Assembly: GCA_028534125.1 (NCBI GenBank)
Contig: CM052818.1
Span: 3,412,001 to 3,476,000 of the forward strand
Direction: 5' to 3'
Origin: Lama glama
Lineage: Eukaryota
DNA length: 64,000 nucleotides
Notes under the pieces: generated by a model
Told to the model about the DNA's origin: nothing
The model's database searches: none
What the model saw: the letters and a program-made list of their open reading frames with translations, nothing else
Program-made: the position numbers and the translations under genes
Part shown: positions 54,125 to 64,000 of the stretch, piece after piece
How positions within the stretch are numbered: position 1 is the stretch's first letter
Layout: each line of letters starts with the position of its first letter

Positions 54125-54262
54125 AGGGGAGGGTATAGCCTAAGTGGTAGAGCACATGCTTAGCATGCATGAGGTCCTGGGTTCAACCCCCAGTACGTCC
54201 TCTAAAAATAAATAAACCTAGTTACCTCCTCCAGCCAGGATAAAAAATAATTAAAAAAAAAA
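54125..54262 (+). mobile_element. Vic-1-like SINE
   Basis: ggggagggtatagcctaagtggtagagcacatgc...; TSD AAGACTT(A/G)GTT at 54113-54123 and 54263-54273. Confidence 0.9.
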
Positions 54263-54439
54263 AAGACTTGGTTAATACGCCAGGAAGCCACAAATCCAAA
54301 TCCCAAGAGCCACAGTAGGGCAGGAAGGATAACGGAACTGGCTTTAGTATCCAGCAGCTGGATTTAAATCCCTTTACAAGGGGTCTGACCTTGGCCAAGG
54401 ACTGCCACATGGAGCCTTGGGAACCTCATCTGTAACACA

Positions 54440-54977
54440 TCTACAAATCAGAAACAGACTCACAGACATAGTAAACAAACTTAGGGTTATGAAGCGAGGA
54501 AGGTGTGGGAAGAGCTAAACTGGGAGTTCGAAATTTGCAAATATTAACTACTATATATAAAACAGATAAACAGCAAGTTTCTTCTGTACAGCACAGGGAA
54601 CTATATTCAATATCTCGTAGTAACCTATAATGAAAAAGAATATGAAAACGAATATATGCATGTACATGTATGACTAAAACATTGTGCTGTACACCAGAAA
54701 TTGACACATTGTAAACTGACTATTATTTCAATTTAAAAAATAATAAATAAATAAAATAAAAATTAAAAATCAATAAAAACAAGATTAACAACACTGCCTC
54801 AGGTTGAAATAAAGATTAAATGAGTTAAATAACAATGTCCTACTGGATAGCACAGGGAACTATGTTCAATGGCTTTCAATAACCTATAATTAAAAAGAAT
54901 ATATATACATAATATATGTATTACTGAATCACTATGCTCTACACCAGAAACTAACACAGCACTGTAAACAACTATGC

Positions 54978-55010
<33 letters not shown>
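54440..55010 (+). mobile_element. Two tandem L1 3'-end insertions (about 54440-54775, about 54826-55010) splitting a MIR; the second ends in an (AAT)n microsatellite
   Basis: MIR core aacctcatctgtaa resumes after the first L1; AATAAAGATTAAATGAGT flanks the second (54808-54825, 55008-55025). Confidence 0.8.
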
Positions 55011-55013
<3 letters not shown>

Positions 55014-56469
55014 GATTAAATGAGTAACCTAGGATGACTGTTATTCAAAGTCCCTCCAGGGAGGACACTGCAGTATCTATCAAACTGCTTCCCTGAGTAT
55101 TCCTAATTGCAGCAAAAGCAAACACTCAAGGGTTAGATTTGGGCCAAATTGCAGCTCAAAGTCCAAGCTAAAATTTTGGAAGTTTCTTATATGAAAAAGG
55201 TAGCTAAACTTTGAATTCCACTACAAAAATATATCTGTAATTGTTTTAGTATAGAACGTGTTTTTATCCGCAACTATCTGGATAAGATTGACACCCAAGG
55301 GAAAACCCCCGTCTTGTTTACTCCGAAGTTTCAGTTACTCCCGGGACATCACCTACCATCCCAATGCCTGCCACTCAGCTCCCTTAGAGAAGAGTGGGCT
55401 TAGTCTCCAAGCAGATTAGCAAGACTGGGGAAACAAAGGAGCAGCTAGATTAGACACAAGCAAAGAAATGAACCACAAGACATGAGTCCAGGGATGACCT
55501 GGTGGCTTCAGATGCCAGGGGCTGGTGTGCTCCGACTTGACTGCCAATGTTACCTCTGAATTGCTTTCAGAGAAAAATCACCCCTAGTCAAATGCAAGAA
55601 CATCTAGGAGGGAAATTCACAGACACTTTTGATCCAGTAGTGTATATATGCAAGCTCGTCTGTGTGTGTGTGTACGTGTGTAACCCAAAGCAACAGAAAT
55701 CTGATCTAAGCTGACTATAGAGGATCTGACCTTGGCCAGAATGGGCTCTGGGAAGTCAGCTGGTTGTAGGAGGCTATGGTTACCTATTTCCTCATTCCTG
55801 TCACCTTCCTCTGCTGCTCCGTCTCCTGAGAATTCCCTGGCAACTAAAGAGCTATGGCTTGGCTATCAATGGAGTTACCTGAAATGTAAGGAGGAGGTGG
55901 AGATGGAGGGATCTAGAACTGATGGGCAATAAGATGGGTCATTGCGCGGGGTGGGGGGTGCGGCGCAGGGTGGGGACTCTACTCATTCCTCCCACTGTCA
56001 GCTGCAGAGAGCAGACGCGCACTTTTCGTGCAAGCTGTGGGCTACTCAGGACTCACATGCTCCCAGCAGCTCACAGAAGACTTGCATCAATCTTGGGAAG
56101 CATTTAAATTAGGCAGATTGTTGAAAAGCGATCACCTCTTTGGTCCTAAAGTCTCCAGCCCATCAAAGTTATGACAAAAGAGGGTGTGTCACCGCAGGCT
56201 CGAGTCACGGATCTCATAATAATTCAGATTCCCACATGCCAGGCATTGTGCCAGGGGCATTAGATACAAAAAGAGAGAAACTTTGGAGAAAGGAGTAAGT
56301 TTCTTAAAAAGAGCAAAGAATTTAAAAGGCAGAAGTTGGACTGAGTCAGTTCCAGGGAATATTACTCAATCCTTTCTTTGGAATGCTTAAACCCAGCACA
56401 GTGTTTGGCAAAGGAACTCAATAAATAACTATTGTGGTGTCTACACCCTGAGCTGCACAGACTGCCCTG

Positions 56470-57200
56470 GAGGTCCTTCCGGACGGTGCGGGTGGATAAG
56501 GGCGGTGTTTGCCTCCCCCTTGCCCACCCGGAGCGAGTCCCGGGCCCGCCCCACCCTGTGCCGCCCGGGGCCCGCCCGCAGGCCGGCGGCGGGCACCCCG
56601 TCCCGGGCGCGGCGCCTGACTGGCCACCCCCGCGAGGCGCTCTGGGGCTGCGGCGCCCCTTCCCGAGCCCAGCACCCCCGGCCCGGGGCCCCTTACCGCT
56701 CGGGCCGAGACGGGACGGCGCTCGTTTTCTGCGGCCACGGAGATCACACGCTCGCGGGGCCGGGCCGCGGGTCTTATCCCCGGCGGACCCGCCCCGCTTC
56801 GGGGTGGAGACTGAGCGCGAGTTCCTGGTTGTCGCTCTGCCCACGAGACCGGAAAGTCCTCCATGGGCGAAGCGCACCTGGAGCGGGGGGCCGGGGCGGC
56901 CACGCCCGGCGCCCAGGGAGGGGGCGGCACGGGGCACGAGCCCGCGCTTGGCGCTCCCCGCCCGGCCCCCCGCCCGGATCCCAGCCCGCCGGCCCCGCCC
57001 GGCCCCGCTCCAGCGCCCATGAGTCGGAGCCGCCGGACTCTCCGGTGGCCGGTGGCCGGCGCTCCGACACCCAGGGAGGGCCGCTCCCCCAGGTCTCGCC
57101 CGCCGGGAACCAAAGCTTCCTCCCCTAGACACTGCACTTTCTCACGCCGAGACTGCGGCCGGAAAAGTGGAAAGTGAAATCAGAACGGCACATTTCGTTT
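56470..57200 (-). promoter_or_regulatory. ANXA4: CpG-island promoter of ANXA4
   Basis: Sharp GC/CpG-dense block with several GGGCGG boxes (e.g. 56788-56795) and a GATAAG element (56773-56778) about 30 nt upstream of the inferred start. Confidence 0.9.
56697..56750 (-). other. ANXA4: ANXA4 non-coding exon 1 (5' end approximate)
   Basis: GTGATCTCCGTGGCCGCAGAAAACGAGCGC...GAGCG|gtaagg; strong donor, and resembles the recalled 5' end of human ANXA4 mRNA (GTGACCTCCGCAGCCGCAGAGGAGGAGCGC). Confidence 0.75.
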
Positions 57201-57979
57201 CCCTCTTGCACATGGAAACAGACATCTCCCAAAGTTCCCAGGAGTTCCACATCTCCCTCGAGGAAAGCCGACTTCCCTTTTTGGGGGGGCAAATCTTTGG
57301 GAATAGGGGTTCAGAGTGGTCCCAGATCTTTCCCTCTTCACCTGTAAATTACCAGGCTTCGCTGCTGGTCAGAAGCTCCCAGGTTTGGCCTTGAAGCAGC
57401 GCTTGTCCTTTTAATATAGTCTTTTCTGTTCGTATCTACTTCCCCGAATGGACTCAGACCTCATGAAGGCACTGACGGGGTCTACGTGGTCTTGGCCCCC
57501 ACACCCGGTACCCTTCTAGCACATGGCAGGTACTCAGTGAATCCTTGCATAATGAACCCGTTGGGTCTACAGGCAAATTCCTATTTTATTTAACAGAGGG
57601 CAGGTGGTTTTGGGGGAGTGTTTAATACCCAACAGGTCAAAATGCAAGTGGCTGTTAGCACCCTTAAAATTGGAGAGGTAGCATTAAATTATTTCATTAA
57701 GACGCAGCTACAGGAGGTGATTTAATCTGGTTAAGAGCATGGGTTTTGGAGCAGACTTACTTGGAATCTACACCTGGTTTTGCTGCCTTTACTCGATAAC
57801 TTTAAGTTTCTGAGCTTCAGTTTATGAACCAACAGAGAGGAAACAAAATTAAGAAGACAAACAGTGGGTTAAAAAAAATGAAATATGGATAATTTATTCC
57901 CTTAGAGGGATTAGAGACACTATTGTGTTCCTTTAAAAATAAATAAAATAAAAAAGGGTAGGAATGGCACAGAAGCACC

Positions 57980-58305
57980 CTGCTAAGATCACCTTTACTA
58001 GGCGGGTGCTCACAGCTGCCCCCTTCTTCCCATAACTGCCCTCAAGCCAGGTTGGGAAGCCACAGTCAATGCTAACTTTATGGGATACAAAAGGCCAAGA
58101 ATAAATCTATGATGCCCTGCACATTCCAGGGCTCCCATAAGCTTATACTGAGGCTAAACTTCAGCAGAAACCTCATTTGTGCTTTGCTTCTTTCTCTGCG
58201 CTAGCCCGCTTCTCTTACAGGTTCTCCTGAGGATACCCCCTCACCAAGGCACTTACACAAGAATCCCTTTCTCAGGCTTTGCTTCTAGGGAACCTGATCT
58301 ACGAG
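57980..58305 (+). mobile_element. ERVL LTR16-like relic upstream of the ANXA4 promoter
   Basis: The 3' end cacttacacaagaatccctttctcaggctttgcttctagggaacctgatct resembles the LTR16 terminus. Confidence 0.55.
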
Positions 58306-59010
58306 GACTTTAAAAATTAATATAATCGTTGCAATTAAAGACTCAAAGGGGCCTTTAAAGATAGCAGAATGAACACAGGCACTTGCCTCATCTCCCTCTT
58401 GAAATCCAGCTAAATAACAATAGTAGATTTTGTTTTTAATCTTACAAGAACAAGGGAACAAGACGAAAAATAACAAAATTTTAGAAACTGGAAATCAGAA
58501 AGGTGATAACTGACTTGGCAGACCTAAGAAAACTGACTCTGAAGCTAGGTATAGGGGAAGAAGCAACATGACATTATACAATATCCCAGGATATGCAGGG
58601 ACTGCTGAACCAGGTGCTTCTAAAAGTGGGTATATAATTAAGCCTAAAAACAGGAGGAGTTTTTTGCACGTCTGTACAGAAAGCAACCAGTCTCCTCCAA
58701 CCCCTTCGTGACATTACACAGCTGCCTGTCTGATTTGGGCGGAAGATCAGAAACATTCCCTGGAGGCGATAAAGCAGAGGATCTAGGGAATGGGGCATAC
58801 CGGGTGTAGTCAAGGTGTTCTGGTTACCTAACGCTGACTAACAAAAAACCCCAGAAGTTAGTAACTTAAAACAATGACCATTTTATTTTATCTCATACTT
58901 TTGTAGGTCTGTGTTTGGACAAGACTTGGCTGGGCAATGCATTCATCAACAACTGTCTTTGGCCTCACACCTGTCTGAAGGGCTATCATCAAAAAGACAG
59001 CAAATAACAA

Positions 59011-60248
59011 GACAATGTAAAACCTGAAACCATAAAACTTCTACAAGAAAACATAGGCAGTACGCTCTTTGATACCAGTCTTAGTAATTTTTTTTTTCAA
59101 TATGTCTCCTCATGCAAGGGAAACAAAAGCAAAACTTTTTTTAAATGGGACTACATCAAACTAAAAAGCTTTTGCACAATGAAGGAAACTGTCAACAAAA
59201 TGGAAAGGCCACGTCCCAAATGGGAGAAGATATATGCAAACAATGTATCTGATAAGGGGTTAATATGCAAAATATACAAAGAATTCATATAACTCAATAT
59301 AAACAAAAAACTGATTTAAATGTGGGCAGAGGATTTGAACAGATATTTTTCCAAAGAAGATATATGGCCAACCAACACATGAAAAGATGCTCAATATGGC
59401 TAATCACCAGGGAAATGCAAATCAGAACCACAATGAGATATCACCTCATACCCGTCAGCATGGCTATTATCAAAAAGACAACAAATAACAATTGTTGGTG
59501 AGGATGTGGAGAAAAGGGAACCCTCATGCACTGTTGGTGGGAATGTCAATTGGTGCAGCCACTATGGAAAACTGTATGGAGATTTCTCAAAAAATTAAAA
59601 ATAAAACGACCATACAATCCAGCAATTCCACTTCCGGGTATTTATCCAAAGAAAACAAAAACACTAACTATGAAAGATACATGCACTCCTTTGTTCATTG
59701 CAGTATTGTTCACAGTAGCCAAGATATGGAAGCAATCTGAGTGTCCATCAATAGATTAATGGATAAATACTATATATATAAATGTCAGCCAGAGAAAAGA
59801 ATGAAATCTTACCATCCACAACAACATGAATGGACCTAGAGGGTATTAGGCTAAGTGAATTATAAGTCAGTTGGAGAAAGGCAAATAATGTATGATTTCA
59901 CTTACATGTGGAATCTAAAAGACAAAATAAATGAGCAAACATAACCAAACAGAAACAGATCCATAGATATAGAGAACAAACAGGTGGTTGCCGGAGGGGA
60001 GTAGGGCGGGGGAAGGAGAGAAATAAATGAGAGAGATTAATAGGTACAAACTTTCAGTTACAAAACAAATGAGTCACGGGTATGAAGTGTACAGTGTGGG
60101 GAATACAGTCAATAATATGTAATATCTTTGTATGGTGACAGATGACAATCATACTCATTATGGCGATTATTTTGAAATGTATAGAAATAGCAAATCACTG
60201 TGTTGTGCACCAGGTATACGCACACACACGACAAATCTTAAAAAACAA
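59011..60248 (+). mobile_element. L1 3' portion (disrupted ORF2 C-terminus + 3'UTR) inserted in an MLT1-like LTR (about 58815-58960 and 60250-60635)
   Basis: ORF fragments [27 protein letters not shown] and [23 protein letters not shown] match the L1 ORF2 Cys-rich end but are split across separate short ORFs. Confidence 0.9.
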
Positions 60249-60939
60249 ATCACTTGGTGGTATTCAGCTGGCAGATAGGCCAGTCTGGAGGAGTCACTCA
60301 CTTGTCTGGCACCACAGCAAGGTGAGCTGGAAGGCTCATCCCAGCTGGCACTGTTGATCAAAGCACCTACACACGCCCCCTCCACACGACAGTTTCAGAA
60401 CAGTTGGATTTCCTAAACAGAGACTCAGAGCACCCAAAAAGGATACTGCAGGAGGTCCAAGCAAAAGTTACTAGACTTCCTATTAAGTTTGGCAGCCCCT
60501 GAACATTATTTCTGTTGCATTCTACAGGTCACAGAAGTCATTAAGACCAGCCCAGATTCAAGGGAGGGGAATTAGGCTCCATCCCTCAATTAGGGGACTA
60601 GCCAAAAATTTACATTCACCTTTCACCTACCACAAGGCTAGGGGAATGGTACTGAGATTGAAGATCTATATGAAACTGAATGTGATGAATATCGAACTGT
60701 TCAGGATTCCTCCTTCACTTGGCTCCTACAACACTGGCAACCAAGATGAGGCATTTGAAATACTCTTCTCTGGTGAAGAGCAAATCCTAAAGAAACTGTT
60801 ATCAGTTACTGAATGGCACCAGAGCAGCGCTTTAGTGAATTCACCATAGTCAAGCCCCACCCACTTACACAGGCATACAGAGCTTCCAGGCAGCATTTCA
60901 TTTTAATTTAAAACTTTTTGTATTTTATATTATTTTTTC

Positions 60940-61795
60940 TACCAGTTTTATTGAGATATAATTGACACACAGCACTGGGTAAGTTTAAGGTGTACAGTAT
61001 AATGATTTGACTTACATGCATCATGAAATGATTATCACAGTAAGTTTAGTGAATATCCATCATCTCATATAGATACAGATGTAAAGAAACAGAAAAAGAT
61101 TTTGTGATGAGAACTCTAAGGATTTACCCTCTTAACAACTTTCATGTATAACATACAGCAATGTCAGTTACATTTATCATGTTGTACATTACATTCCTAG
61201 TACCTGTTTATCTTACAACTGGAAGTTTGTAGTATCTTTTGACTGCTTCCATCCAATTGCTCCTTCCTGTCAATGGTGGCCTCTGGTAACCACAAATTTG
61301 ATCTTTTTTTTCTATGAGTTTGTTTCTTTGCTTGTTTCTTTGTTTTTGAAGTATAATTGATCTACAGCACTATATTAATTCCTGTTACCCAACACAGTGA
61401 TTTTTTCCATACATTTCAAAATGATCACCATGATGTTAATTAGGATATGTCACCATACAAAGATATTACTTAGTTATTGTCTATATTCCCCACAGTGTAT
61501 ATTTCATACCCCTGATGCATTTATTTTGCAACTGGAAGTTTGTATCTCTTAATCTTCTTCACCTATTTCTTTTCTCTGCCCACCTCCCTCCCTTCTGGCA
61601 ACCACCTGTTTATTCTCTGTATCTATAATTTTGTTTCCATTTGTTATGTTTGTTCATTTGTTTTATTTTTTATATTCTGCATATAAGTGAAATCATACAG
61701 TATTCTTCTTTCTCTGTCTGACTTATTTCACTTAGCGTAATAGCCCCTAGGTCCACCCATGTTGTCACAAATGGCAAGATTTCATTCTTTTTTAT
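60940..61795 (-). mobile_element. L1 3'UTR (L1MA9-like; same family as the outer element at 17369)
   Basis: ttttattgagatataattgac...gtgatgagaactctaaggattta...cttatttcacttagcgtaatag. Confidence 0.8.
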
Positions 61796-62234
61796 TCCAG
61801 CCAAACTATCAGTTAAGTGTAGGGGTAAATAAAAGTATTTTTAGACAAGCAAGACTTGAAAAAAATTATCTCCCAAGGATTTTTTCTTAAGAAGCTTTCA
61901 GACGATATGTTCCACCAAAACAAAGAGGTAAACCAGGAATGTTAGGGGGTAAAAGTGACTAGCAGGATGGAAAATAAAAAATTGAATGGCAGGAAAGGGT
62001 GGTTAGTTAACACTATAGGTATTGAGTTTTATTTTCCTTAACTGGAGACTATAGCTAACATTTACATTAGCACTTACCATATGTCAGTCACGATTCTCAG
62101 TACGTTAGATAAGCTGTTTTAATCAGTTAATCCTCACAGCAGTTCTGTGGGTTAGATACTTGCATGGAGTATGTGTCAATAAGAATTACTACTGATGATG
62201 TAATTTATTAATTTGACAAAATTGTATTAAGCTT

Positions 62235-62815
62235 CCTATGGTAGATTGTATTTTTCAGAATATTCAGTCTTTCATGCTCTTCCAACCCCACCCTCCCTGC
62301 ACCAGTCAAGAGATGGCTTCTCTGTCCCTACTCTTTGGACCTGAGTGGACTTCTCAGGCAAGCTTCCATGACAACACAGCAAAAGTAATGCCATATGACA
62401 TTTGAGGCTGGATCCCAAAAAATGATACAGTTTCCATCTAGTTCTCTCACTCGGAGCACATGCCTGTGGAGCCCTGAGTGGCCATGTATAGTACAGCTGC
62501 CCTGAAGCCACCATGCTGCAGAGATCACGTGGACAGGTCACATGAAGTCAAGGGGAGTTGGAGCAGTCCCAGCTGTTTCAGTCCCAGCAGTTTGAAATTT
62601 CCCAGACCTAGTGAAAGACATGCGAACGAAGAAGCCAGACGACTCCAGCATCATCCGTGTCTCATGGCAGCCAGGTGAGAGACCCTGAGGGAGAACCACC
62701 AAGCTGAGCCCAGCCAAGCCCTAGACTCATGCGAGAGAACAATAGTAAATGATTGCCACCGTTTCATACTATGAAATTTGGGGTGTTATTTTATGATGTA
62801 CTACAGTACCAGCAC
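62235..62815 (+). mobile_element. MaLR LTR (MLT1-like)
   Basis: Starts tatggtagattgtatttttc; ends gagaccctgagggagaaccaccaagctgagcccagccaa...aaatttggggtgttattttatg. Confidence 0.7.
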
Positions 62816-63564
62816 ACTTCCAGATAGAAGTGGGGGTTTAGCTCAAACTTCTGAATCTCCCTCCCCAATACTCATTGAAATGACCCACGGCATGTAGAGG
62901 GGGAATTTTTACCCTAACTGGTAAGCTCCTCTCTGATACCCAGCCTGGCTGCTGGCCAGGAAGGAGGTAAGGACAAAAGCCAGCTAACCTTTGGGACAGT
63001 GGCTTAGCAAAACATCAAGAAGAAACCCTTGCAGTGGTGACATTCCTAGCCAGATGGATCTCCTTGCAGTCTTTTCAGGCTGCCTGAAGGTAATCAATCC
63101 TGTAGCCTAAGATATGAAAAGAGTCTAACAGCATCCATACAGACAGGCAGGGAGCCAAGAAGAATTCAGTCATCCTGGTTGGGAACAAATGCAAAGTGTG
63201 GATAAAATTTTAATGTTTAAGGATGAGTAAGCATAAAAATGGATATAAAACCATGAAAAAATCCTGGAACACAGAAAAGAAAACAGCATGTAAGAAGCAG
63301 AAGAAACTACTTTTTCAAATTTTACAATACAAAGCAGAAGTAAGTTTTAAACCATCTCTACTGACTTTGATAGATTGAACAGACCAAAAAATATAGAAGT
63401 AATTGGAATAATATTATTTATGAAGTAGAATGACTAGTTATGGACTGGACTGAACTCCATGTTCTACAGAGAAAGTGGGTTCTTTTCAATCACCTACTGA
63501 GTGCTCACAAAAACTGATAAAATATTTATTTGCAAAGAAAACTTCCTAAAATTCCAAAATAAAA

Positions 63565-63780
63565 ATAGGGTTTGAATCCCAGCTATACCATTTCTTAGCT
63601 ATTGACCTTAAGAAAAGTCACTTATCTTTTCTGTGCCTTAGTTTTCTCATTTGTAGAATGGGGATAATGATGGTACCTACCTTCTAGGAGCTTTGTAATA
63701 ATAATTAGATGACTTATACATACTTTTTTTTGAAGCGTTCTTGGCCCATTGTAAGCTCTATACTAGTGTTAGCTATTTTT
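63565..63780 (+). mobile_element. MIR SINE
   Basis: gggtttgaatcccagct...ctgtgccttagttttctcatttgtagaatggggataat. Confidence 0.8.
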
Positions 63781-64000
63781 CTGATCATAATTAATAAAAT
63801 TAAAATTCAATAATAAAACTTTCAACCAATCACTCCCTTCCTCAATCAATAGTGTTTGTTACCACCTGATTATATAAATGCCATGCATGGGGGCTCTTAA
63901 AGAAACTAACTTTGACACTCTCCTTCAAGATATTTCTCCATTGTCTCCTAGGATCCACTAGTACCAAAGAAATATCTGATGTCCGGCTGATTCTTGTTCC

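Noticed and set aside
56362..57177. Overlapping 100-256 aa ORFs on both strands
   Set aside because: Gly/Arg/Pro/Ala-rich open frames are expected from stop-codon depletion in a CpG island; no recognisable domain.
59265..59759. ORFs with clear protein similarity
   Set aside because: Fragmented L1 ORF2 C-terminal remnants, not a host gene or an active element.

Overview
Mammalian nuclear DNA, most likely a camelid, judged from about nine copies of a tRNA-derived SINE matching the camelid Vic-1 type. Two protein-coding genes lie in tandem on the minus strand. GMCL1 contributes six coding exons (2-7) at 822-9063 and runs off the left edge. ANXA4 has a CpG-island promoter and non-coding exon 1 at about 56.4-57.2 kb and seven visible coding exons (4-10) at 10570-28817. 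All visible exons have GT-AG ends and splice in frame. Two 500-N placeholder gaps (9632-10131, 30620-31119) fall exactly where the missing exons are expected: GMCL1 exon 1 plus ANXA4 exons 11-13, and ANXA4 exons 2-3. An MRPS18C processed pseudogene with a lost start codon, a frameshift and a missing 3' end lies in the ANXA4 5' intronic region. The rest is mostly L1, L2, MIR, LTR and DNA-transposon relics, several nested with clear target-site duplications (TSDs). I found no convincing new biological system. The best leads are an unexplained 1.6-kb GC/CpG-rich block in ANXA4 intron 8, the tail-less retrocopy, inverted SINE/L1 pairs inside the ANXA4 pre-mRNA, and some unusual retrotransposition junctions. 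Gene, exon-number and repeat-family names come from recall, not database searches.
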